19,482 bases of DNA. Origin: Fonticula alba ATCC 38817 (lineage: Eukaryota > Protista > Nucleariida). The stretch is taken from assembly GCA_000388065.2 (NCBI GenBank), contig KB932202.1; one strand, given 5' to 3'. Made by a program: the position numbers and the translations under genes. This document shows, piece after piece, positions 7,744 to 18,600 of this stretch; position 1 is the stretch's first letter, and each line of letters begins with the position of its first letter. The notes under the pieces were generated by a model. The model made no database searches. It was not told the origin of the DNA and saw only the letters and a list, made by a program, of their open reading frames with translations.

Positions 7744-9604
7744 GCTGCCGTGGTTGTTGCCTCGCGCCAGTCATGAAAAAGGGCAGAGCCCTGGCCGGGG
7801 GCCGAGAGGCCGGGACGCCAAGGGTGCACGCACAATGCTCCACCTCCCCCCTCCCCCGGCGGGCGATCCTTCGGCCCGGGGATCGCCGCCTGCACCGTTG
7901 CCGCCATTGCCCTGTGCTTGTCCGGACCGGCCACATTCGGGTCGCACATGCAGAAGGGGGCGGAAACCCCACAATCCTCGCGCCCTCTTCCCCACAATGG
8001 CGCCTCCGGGCTTGCATGGCAGCGTGGGACATGGGTCCCACAAGTCGGGCCGGGCACCCTCCCCAGACCGTGCTCCGGGAGGGCGGACACCTGGGCCAGC
8101 CGCGCCCCCCAAAGTCACCCTGCTCCCCCCCTGCCCCGGTCGACGCCCGGACACACTGGTCCGGGGGTGAGCAGCGGATGCGCCAAATCGACAGGTGGGC
8201 CCGCCTGAGGCTGCTTGACGCCATGGAGCCCGAGCAGGGGCCCCAAAGCCGGCTCCGGCCGCACACCTGCCGACGATGTGCCTGCCCTGACGGCTGCTTC
8301 TGGCCCAGCTGCCCTCAAGCTGCCGAGGATGGGCCTCTTTGCCGGCAGGGATCTGCCCCCCCCCCCCCCCTCTGGCAACCGCCAAATGGTGGGGCGTCTC
8401 TTCCCGCGGCCTAGGGTGATTATGCCCCCCCCCACAGCCGCCCTCGCCCTGGGGCCCTCCACTCGCCCCGGCAGGCAGCCGACGAAGAGGACGTCTCCCT
8501 GACTCCCCCGGACATCACTCATCAATGCCTGGGCTTCCCTGCCGGGGGGGGATTTGCGGCTGGGCATTTGTTTGGGTTTTCCCCCGATGACGTGAAATGC
8601 GACCGTATGACCGGGCGAGTCGGGCCGCGCAGGGCAAGGACAAACGGCCTGGCGAGCACCAGGCAAGGGGGGGGGGCGGAGAAGGAACAGGGGCCGCCCG
8701 GCAGGGATGCCAGCAGCCGCGGCCGCCACAGCAACGGGGGGGGCCGAAGCGCGGGCCCCCTTCTGGCCGGGGCCAGACAAGAGAGGGCGAGCATTGGCAA
8801 TTGTCCAGCGGCGCGGGAGGGCGCAAGACCCCGTGAGGCGTTCTCCGTGGCGCGTGATGTCTCACATGCCCATACAATGCTATTACCCGACACTCGATCG
8901 TGGGTTCAAGGCTTCGCGGGCAGGGCGCCCCGTCCCCCCCCCCCCCAATCCCCGGCCCCCGGCCGCCGGCCCTCTGCGACCTGGGGGCTTCCGGCGTCTC
9001 GCCGGCGAACGGCAGCGTCTCGAGCGGCCGGGTTGCCTCTCGGCATCTGCCGGACGGCCGGTGCTTCGTCTCGGGCCTGTGCCACCCCGAATGCGGCGTA
9101 CCCCTGCCCCTGCCGCAGGCCCTCCTTGTATTATTCCGCCCGCCGGTGAATAAACTTCCCGATCGGCGCAGATCTGCCACCGGCCGTGAGGGCGGGTCGA
9201 TTGTGGGTGTATTATCCCAGTCGGCGAGCGAGACGGCCCGGGGGCATTGTCTGGGCTGCCCTCCCTGGCGAGGGGCTCACCGAGGCCATGAGACCCCACG
9301 CCCCGGCGTCCCGCCCCCCCCCCCCCGCCCCGGGTCAGGGGCTCGCGGACGCGCGGGCCGGCCACCCGAATCCACTCCCCCGGGTCCCCCCCTTCGGCCG
9401 CTTCCACTTGACCCCTTCCCCTCGAGCGGGGGGGAGTGTTTAATTTGAGCCTTTTTCGTCCGCCCAGGGCACCCTGTTGGGCAATCTCCCTGTAAGTGTC
9501 GCGGATGGGCGCGCCGGGGCCGCCCATGTCTTGAAAGGCAGCTCGGCCGATGGCACGCGTGCGGGCGTCGGCGGTCGGGCCACAGGTGCCCACCAGCGCC
9601 CGAC

Positions 9605-9605
<1 letters not shown>

Positions 9606-9641
<36 letters not shown>
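9606..9641 (+). repeat. (GT)18 microsatellite, intergenic
   Basis: Read directly. Confidence 0.95.
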
Positions 9642-9644
<3 letters not shown>

Positions 9645-10621
9645 GGTGGTGGGCCTGGGGGGTCGGGAGGAGGGGGGGGAGGGGCGAGGGGCGAGGGCAG
9701 CGCGGAGCCACATTCATATGGGGGAATGGGCGGTGCTGGCGGCGATTGCACTCGCCGGGCCGGGCCCCGATCTGCCCCCCTCGGGCGAGGCGCCGGATAC
9801 CGCCTCTGGGTGATGTTTAATTGGGGGCCTGGGGCGAGCGACCGACCGAGCGAGTGCGCGCGCGCGCGCGGATGGGGGTAGATTGCGCCCAGGCCGGGCA
9901 AAGGGGCAACTGGCCGGGCCTGTGTTGGTGCGCGCGCTCGGGCGGGCGGGCGGGCGCCTGGCCTCGGCACGTCTTCGGATGCAGGGGCGCGTGCGCCAAT
10001 GTGCAGGTGTGGAACGCCGCACCCTGTCTGAAACGCCCCCGGGCCCCGCGCGGTCCTCTCGGCACCGGAGGGCGCTTGCCCCCGCCCCCCCCCCCTCCGC
10101 CCCTCCCCCTCCCCCGGCGGAAGGCAGAGGGACCTTGGGCCGGCACAGCAGGACCCGCATGTGCGGACAAGTGTGAATGGCCGGCTGGTTGGCGGCCGCA
10201 CCGACCGCACTCTGGCCTCGTCGACCGTCGGCCCGTGTCCGGGGCGTTTCGCGCCGTGCGCTTCTCTGCCTCGCTGGCGGCCCGCGGCCGGGGCCCCGGG
10301 CCACGCAACGCAACCAAGTCCTGGCGCGCCAATCGTGAGCATGCTCGGCGCCGCGGCGCGGCGCGCTGTGCCGCGGGACCCCGGACCGAGCAATGTTCGC
10401 CCCTACATGGCGTACGAGCGCACTTGCACGCCCAGCGCGCGCTTGCAAGGGCAGGCCGCCCGCCCCTGGGACCTTTGTCCCCTTCGAGGGGCACACCTCG
10501 GCCCCCCCCCCCCCCCTGCCCGGCGGCGAGCCGGCCGCTCCATTCGGCCCCCCAGCCAGACGCACGCGAGGGCGCACACGCACGCACGCACGCAGGCGGC
10601 GTGGGCAGCCGAGGCGCGCCT

Positions 10622-10646
10622 GGCCCGGCCCGGCCCGGCCCGGCCC
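10622..10646 (+). repeat. (GGCCC)5 tandem repeat
   Basis: Read directly. Confidence 0.9.
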
Positions 10647-11803
10647 GGCGCAGCCCCCAGGGGAAGTCATGTGTGCGGCCGTGTATGCGCGGCCCTTGGG
10701 CCAAGTGGCGCGCCCGTGACGCAACGCCACAAGCCTCGAAGATGGGGCAGAGGCTTTGAGCAAGGGCACCGAGCCGGGTTGAGTCGGCTGCCCTTCGGAA
10801 GTGTGGCTGCGCGGCGCACTGTCGCGGCTCGAGGCCAGCGCGCCGGTGCCCCCCCCCCCCCCCCACCGAGGCGGACGGGATACGCATCGCGGGCTCGCGG
10901 CACATGGGGCGCTTTGCATCAGCAGCACATGGGCTGTCGTTTCTTCCCTCGCCGGCCGCCGGCGTGGCCGGTCGAGATGGGCGGCAGACCGGTGCATCGG
11001 CCGCCGTACGCGCGCGCGCTCATGTGGCGCGCTCTGCGGGTGGCCAAGTGCGCCCGGCCTGAATACCCGCACGCGCTCGTGCCGGGGCATGGCGGCCGAG
11101 CCCGGCGACGGTCGCCGCGGCCTGCACCTCCGGCCGCCGGGTGCCCGGGGCCGGTCCCAAAGCTGGCTGGCCATGTGCCCGCGCGGGGACCTCATTCCAC
11201 GGGGGTCAGGGGCCGGCCGGCCCCCCGGGGGCTACGTCAGCGCTGAAGCCGGCCGGCTCGTGGCTGTCCCCCTCACGTCCACTGGCCGCCCGGCGGCCGG
11301 GCGGCAGCCCGGCTGGCCGACCTGTCCCCCGGACTTCGGGCGCACAGTGACATGGCCCTGGCGGCATGCTGCCGCCATTGCTCCTCCCCTCCCCTCCCCC
11401 GGCCGACCAGCCAGGGGGACATGAGAGGCCAAATCCCAGTGAAACCCCGGCACAATGGCGCGCCCTTGGCGATCGGCTCCGCCTCGCCCCCGGCAATCGC
11501 GCCAAGGGCCGGCCGGGCGACCTGCGTCCTCGCGCCCGGCCTGGGGGTCGTGGGCCAGGCCCCGCCTCGGCCGGCCTGCCGGGCCTTCCATCGCTCATAC
11601 GCCCACCGGCCGGGCGGCCGCTCGGCGCTGGGCGTGCGCCCGGGAGGGCAAGGGACGAGGGGGCCGGGGGACAGCGGCGCGGGAATGCGGGGCATCTCTG
11701 GCCGGCAGGGGGGGGGGGGGGGGGGCGGCGCGGGCCTGGAGCGCCCTCATCCGGGCCCCCAGGGCGCCGGGGTGGCCCCGCACGACCGGCCTGCTGCCTC
11801 CGA

Positions 11804-11857
11804 GGCAGGGCAGGGCAGGGCAGGGGGCGGCGGGGGGCGGCGGGGGGCGGCGGGGGG
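11804..11857 (+). repeat. (GGCAG)4 followed by ~3 copies of GGGGGGCGGC; G-quadruplex-compatible
   Basis: Read directly; at least four G runs of 3 or more with short loops. Confidence 0.75.
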
Positions 11858-12572
11858 CACAGCCGGCCGGGGTGAGGCGGATGGCCGGGCGCTGCTCATG
11901 CGCACGCTCGGCAGCGCGCATGCCCGCAGGGGGCAGGGGGGCGTCGCAACCTCTGGATGGTTGTGGGCTGAGACCCCCGAGACAGCCTCCCCCTCCTCGG
12001 TCCCCGGGCGTGTAGCATTGCCCCCTCTGTCTGTCTGTCTGTCTCTCTTTCTCCCTGACTCTCGCTATCGCGGGATTGCAGATCGGCGACGGCTAATGTG
12101 TCCCCCGAAGGCCGCACCAGGCGGGGGGNNNNNNNNNNNNNNNNNNNNNNNNNNNNNNNNNNNNNNNNNNNNNNNNNNNNNNNNNNNNNNNNNNNNNNNN
12201 NNNNNNNNNNNNNNNNNNNNNNNNNNNNNNNNNNNNNNNNNNNNNNNNNNNNNNNNNNNNNNNNNNNNNNNNNNNNNNNNNNNNNNNNNNNNNNNNNNNN
12301 NNNNNNNNNNNNNNNNNNNNNNNNNNNNNNNNNNNNNNNNNNNNNNNNNNNNNNNNNNNNNNNNNNNNNNNNNNNNNNNNNNNNNNNNNNNNNNNNNNNN
12401 NNNACACAAACACGGAAACACAAAAGCACACGCTCCTCGCCCCTCGCGCCTTCCGAGTCCTGCCTTCACGCCCTCCCCGCCGCACCCTCCCCCCGCTGCG
12501 CCCTGGCCCGCCTTCGGCCTTTCGGATTGGACCCTTCTTCCCGGCCCGGCCCGCGAGCAAATCCAAGGGACA

Positions 12573-12867
12573 ATGTCCGATGCGCACACCCCGGGCGCCG
12601 GCGCCGGCGCCGGCACCGGCGGCTGGCACGCCCTGCTGCTGAGCACCCTGCCCCGGCTGGAGTTCGACCCCCAGACCGGCGAGTACTCCGATCCCCACTT
12701 TGATGTGGAGCAATTCCACACCCTCACCTCGGGCAAGGTGGCCGTCATGGCCGTCATCATCGGCACCCTGGTCATCAACACCCTGATCTTGGCGTACATC
12801 CTGTACCACCGCGCGTACAAGCCCTTCCGCGCCAAGCAGCTGGACATGGTCACCTGGATGCACATGG
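12573..12867 (+). CDS. Gene B exon 1
   Basis: gggacaATGt start. …FDPQTGEYSDPHFDV…YHRAYKPFRAKQLDMVTWMHM. Donor GTGCGT at 12868. Confidence 0.9.
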
Positions 12868-15648
12868 GTGCGTGCTTTGGTCGCTGGACACCTTGCCCGC
12901 TTGCTCGTGGGGGGGGGGGGGCACATCGGTGATCGAGCCGGGCCCTGCAATATGGGCCCGGCCAAGGCGCGGGGCAGCCGCGAATGAGCCGGGGTCCTGA
13001 CATGCGCCGACCAATCCCCCAACCGCCGACGCGCCACCCGGCGGCCTGGCCGCTCGCCGGCCTCCGATGCAGGCGGCTTCTTCCTCAACCTGGCTACCAT
13101 GGTATGTGCTCGGGGGGGGGGATGTCGCCAGGGGGCTTTCGCCTCTCCCTCTCCCTGCTGGATCCCTGGTCGAGCCATTGTCCTGACCCGATGCTCTTGC
13201 CTCCCCGGGGCCCCGTCCCGCGGATGCCGCCCTGCCGCCCGGCCGAGCAGCGTGCTGTTGGCGTTGTTCCCTACCTCGGCGGCTGGATCTGCTCCCTGAC
13301 TCGTGCGTTGCAAGGCCGCCTCAGCGGCCGGGCCTCCATGCCGGGCCGCTGACACGCTGTGCCCCCCGCCCCGCCCCCCTCCCCACCTCGCTCGACTGAC
13401 AAACCGCCATTCGCCGTGGACGGCTCGGACAAACGCCCAGTCTGGCTGCTTGTGCCGCTTGGCAACGGGGCCATGATGACCGGCTTCTTCTTCCGCATGT
13501 GGAAGGTGCGTCTCCTGGGGCATGGCCCGCGCGTGCTGGTGCGCCGTTTCCGGCGCCATACGCACCGCTGCCCGCCCCTCGCTGTGCCGATGCCGCCATG
13601 CGCCGGCACAGAGCCACACCGCCACACACGCGCACGCACGTGGGCATACATGCGGACAGGTGGACGCCCATTGCTGGCGGCCTGCTTTTGCCCGCGGACA
13701 CCGGCACGACACATTCTGACCCTGGCAAAAAAAAAAAACAAAAAACAAACACCCCGCAGCTGTACCTGATCTTCCACTACAAGCGCTACTCCAAGCGCAT
13801 GCTCTGGGGCGGGACTGCCCTCTACTTCCTGCCGAATGTCATCCTCGCGGTGGTCTGCACCGCCAAGAAGTCCTACGGCCCGGTCGTCGTGGTGCGCCCT
13901 CCGCCCGCTGCCCGGCGCGCTCCTGGGCCCCCTGGTGTTGTGCTCCGCCGCCCCGGCGGCGTGCCTCTCTGCCCGATGCCGCTGACCTCCCCGTTGCCTC
14001 GCCGACCAACGCCCTGACTCGCGAAATGCGCACACGCTCCCCCCCCCCTCCCCCATGCCGCACCTGCACCACAGAACGGCACCGAGGGCTGCTTTGACCA
14101 TGGGACCCTCTTTGCCATCATGCTGATTGTCAAGCTTCTGGTGGACATCTTCGTTCTCGGGGTGCGCCGCCCTCCAGCCGGCCTCGCTGGCCCCCCGGTC
14201 CAGAGAGAGTCTCCCAAGCCCGGGCCGATGGCCCCGTGCTAACACCCCCGCTTGCCCGCTCGCCCCCCTCGACGGCCCTCGCCCGATGCCAGTTCCTTGC
14301 CTTCCACAACCGCAAGGTCAAGCAGAAGTACTTCAATGAGTACAAGCAGACATCCATCCAGATGGGCTTCTTCTTTTTCATCCTCATCATCTTCCTGGTC
14401 ATGCTGGTGCCGCGCCTGTACCGCAAGCCGCTGGGCTATCTGATTGCCCTCACGACGCTGGCCCTGTCGCACGTCACCTTCTACGGGACCATCACCATCC
14501 CCCTGTACAACCAGTACGTCGGGCCCATGCCGGCCAGGGCCCACCGCGCCCGCTCTTGCCGCATGGGGCGCCCCCGCCGGTCACTGACAACCAGTGCGCA
14601 GCATCTTCCACCGGGAGCGGTACCTCCAGCGGTTCCTGGAGAGCTTCAAATTGGACATCGACAGCGGCGGCGGCCTGCCCAATGTGGACAGCACCTCCGG
14701 CAGCACGCAGAAGCCCAACGCCCGGAGCACCCGGCAGAATGCCGACAACATTGAGATCACCACCAGCACCGGTGCGTATGCCGCGTGGGCTCCCTCCTTC
14801 GCGGGGCTTCCTCCCTGGTCGCCACCCGGACCCGGCCGGCAGAGGGTGTGCTGGGGCGGGAGAGGGGGGGGGGGGGGGACTGCTTCACTCGGTGCCGGGG
14901 CGCCCCGGCGTCAGGGGACCTGCCGCCTGCACACGTCGCACATGCGAATTGCCCATCACCACCCGAGCGCCGGCCCTCTAACCTTGCCGCCATGCTGCTC
15001 TCGTGCGACGCCCCCGGCCCCTCGGGCCCCCGGCCCGGGCCTGCTGCTCGCACGATTTCAGAGAAGTCGGGCACCGCGCACTCGGACGTGTGGAAGGGTG
15101 GTACGTGCCTTTCGCCTTTCGCTCCCCCTCACTCCAGCGCCCCTGTATTCCCGAGTCTGTCCCGCGCCAGCCGCTCGGCGTGCGCCGGCTTCCCTCGGGG
15201 GCCGACAGCACGCGACCGGTGGCTCGAGCGTCTGCCGCTCCTCCACCCCGCGCAAGGGGGTCGGGGCAGGGGTGGGGACCTTTTTCCTTGTGTGGCCGGC
15301 CTCCCTGCGCACGCCTGGGGGAAGCTACAACACTGGGAGCCGACGCCAAGAGGCCCGATGCGGCGGCTTGGACACGCGTTGGCCGAGGGGGGGCGGGGGG
15401 GGGGCAGGGAGGTGGAAGCGCGCTTGCTATGGAGTGCCCAGGCCCGCGACGCACGGCGCAAGTGGCCCGAGAGGCGGGGAAGCCTGGAAGCGACGGCCGG
15501 CGCAGCGGTCCCACGTCCTGGCGCTCCCGGTGCCCATGCCTGCGCGTCCATCCGGGCACAAGCGAGTCTCTGTCTGACAGGGGCGGGGGCGGGGTGGAAG
15601 GGCGAGGCGCCATGGGGCAGTCCGCGGGCGCGAAGAACAGCGAGCAAG

Positions 15649-15687
<39 letters not shown>

Positions 15688-18600
15688 CCGGGTCATTGGA
15701 ACACCGCTCCGGGTACACCCCTGCTGCCCGCTTCTCCCGGGATATTGATACCCAGTCTCTGTCCCATGCCCGGCCGTCGTGTGCCTCTCCCTTCCATGTG
15801 TCGTCCCGTCCCCTTTTCCGTGTGCGCGTCGGCCGTTGCCTTGCACGCCGCCGGTGCGCATGCGCACGTGCATCTGCCTTTGCCGGACTGCCGCCCTGTA
15901 GACTTGGAGGCCAATGATTACACCAATGGCAACAGTGCCACTTGCTCGGGGAGAGTGTCTCCCGAGTAGCATTGCCGCGGTCCCCGGCATGTGCCCCCGC
16001 GGCGGCCGGCCTTTTGGGCCCCCCTCGCCACGGGCCCCACCGGGCGGGGTCGGGCCTTCGCCGGCTCGGCGCCGGCCCCTGACGCCACTGCTTTGTCATT
16101 CACCAGTCCCGGTTGTGCGGATCCCCCCCCCCCCCCCCCCCCCGGAAGGGGTGTGGGCCCCATCGATGTGCCGCCCTCGGCCCATGGGCCGACATATGCT
16201 GGCCAGGCCACCGGGGCTGCCTCCATGCCGCTGTGCCGGCCCGGCCGGCTGGGTCGGCCCTTTGCGCCATGCAGTCCCGCCCGGCCCCTCTTTCCCGCCC
16301 CCTCGCCGCCCTGCCCCTGGCCGTGGTGCGCCCTCTGGCTCCTTCGCCGGTTGTTGGGTCCCTTGCCCGGGCCGCCCTGCCCCCCCTCCCCCCCCCGGGG
16401 CCAGCCCTCTCGCCCGGTCCGCTCGCCACCGGCCAGCCGCACATGTCACTGCCCGAGGGAGACCGGCCGACAACAGGGGCAAGCCAGGTGGACGACCTGC
16501 CCCGCCTTGTTGCTCCCCCCTCCCTGCCCTGGGACCTGGACCGGCGGGCCGGCACGGCGTCGACCGACCCCGCCCAGGCCCACAAGCCGAGGCGACCATG
16601 CCCGAGCGCCCGCGTGTGCGTGCCCGCGTGGGTGCGAGTGCGAGTGCTCATCCCGCCGTGTGCCGAGGCGTGCTTGCATGGGCGCGCATGGGCGCGTCTC
16701 GCACGAAGCACAGCCGACGGGCCATGCGCAGGGGCGCACCACGCCCACCCGAGAGGGCACGCCCGCTTGCCGGGGGGTCGGGGCACAGCGGCGGCAGGCG
16801 AGGGCAGGGGGAGGAGGGGGGGGGCGGCGGCGGCGGCAGGAACCCCGGCCATCGGGTGTTCCCGGGGGCGCTGGCCCGGGGAAAGGCCGCTCGATCCCGA
16901 AGGCGAAGAACCCCCCTTTCACCTGAGTATTTTGTCCTTGAATATTACCTAGAACTAGATTGCATCTTGGCTGTGTCCTGCACTTGCCCCCTGCGCGCAT
17001 GCACACGCACGCACACAAACGCAGACATCTCCACGCATGGGCATGCTCCTCCCTGTGAAAGTGCCCGTGGCAGGCTCACCACCGCCCTCTCGAGCCGCGT
17101 GGGGCTCCTTGCCCGGCATCGCTAGGCTTTGCCGCCCCCCCCCCCCCCCACCGGAAAGAAGCCGGCCGCACCACCTCCTGCCGGGACCCATGATCTAACA
17201 CCTCACCGTCCCTTGCCACGCCGCCCTCCCCCCGCCCCCTGCCCGGCATCTCTTGGCATCGCGCCCGTGCGCGGCGGCTCTCTCCCCCCTCTCTCCCCCC
17301 CCCCCGTCACACAGGGTCCATGGACCAGCGCCAGTACTCGCAGCAGGTGAGCATCGAAATGAGCGACTTCGAAAGCACCACCGAGTTCACCGACCACCAG
17401 GGGGCCATGGACACCGAGACGTCCTTCATGGGCGCCGGCATGGCGGGCGGCCCCCTCGGCACGGGGGACACCAGCATCCAGGACAAGCTGGACACGATGG
17501 CCTCCTTCGACCGGGCCGAGGCCATCCCCCACCAGCCCCCGGCCGGAGGGGGGGCCTTCTCGCGGTTCGGCGGCGGCGGCGGCGGCGGCCGGGCGGGGTC
17601 CGGCGCGGGCGCCAGCGGCCCGGGCCCCGGGATGTACCCCGGCAGCCAGCACCCCCCGGAGCCCATGGGCCCCGGGCTGGCCAACCGTCGGCCGGGCCTG
17701 CTCCAGCCGACCGACAGTGATGCCTCGGCGGAGTCCCTGTCGCACGGGGGCGCCCCGGGCCGCGGGCACTCCAGCGATTCCCTGCACTGTGGGTCGTCCT
17801 TGAGCGGGTCCTTCGGCGGCGGGGCCGGCAGCCCCGGCAGCGGGGAGTACCAGCCCGGCCGGTGCTCGCCCTTCTTCGAGGAGCACCACTCGAACTCGCT
17901 GGCCTCGACGACCATCCTCTCGGCCTCGCCGTCGGCCGGCGTGCTCAACCCCAATGGCGGCATGGGGGGCACCGGAGGGGGGGGGGCCCTGTGGCATATC
18001 TCGGAATTCACGCCGCCGCCGCCGCACGGCACCATCGTGCCCGCTTCGCCGGCGGCGGCCGCCGCCGCCGCCGCCGCTGCCGCCGCCTCCGGTGCCATTG
18101 GCGGCCCCAGCTCGGCCTCCTCCGTGCGGTCGGGCATCGCGCCCGGCGCCAGCCCCCTGTCGGGCTCGGTGTCCTCCCTGGCCGGGGCCGCCGCCGCCGG
18201 GCCCAATGGCGGCGGCGCCGCCTCGCCGGCGGCCATGTCGCTGGCCGCACGCAGCCCGGGCAGCCAGGGCGCAGGGGCGTACGCCGCGGCGTCCCCGGTG
18301 GCGGCCGACTACCCCCAGCAGTCGGCCCATCACCACCACCACCACCACCACCACCACCATCTGCACCAGCAGCACCCCCACCAGCCGTATGCGCCGAATG
18401 GCCGGCCGCTGTCTTATGTGTCCGTGAGCTCGGTCAGCGGCGGGGGCACCAGCGCCGGGCCGCCCCGGTCGCCGACCCTCCACCTGCCGCCCTCGCTCAT
18501 GCCCAACGGGTACTATGGCGCCGGGTATGCCGGCCCCCCGGGCGGCCAGGCGCCCGCCCCGGCCGGCGACTCGCTGGTCGCCACGGAGGACTCCACCGGC

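Noticed and set aside
7655-8170. ORF with a poly-Leu signal-peptide-like start
   Set aside because: The Leu run comes from the microsatellite; downstream codons show no coding bias and there is no recognisable domain or splice structure.
8848-8917. tRNA/Pol III B-box-like GGTTCAAGGC
   Set aside because: The T-stem pairs poorly, there is no proper A-box, and no cloverleaf can be folded.
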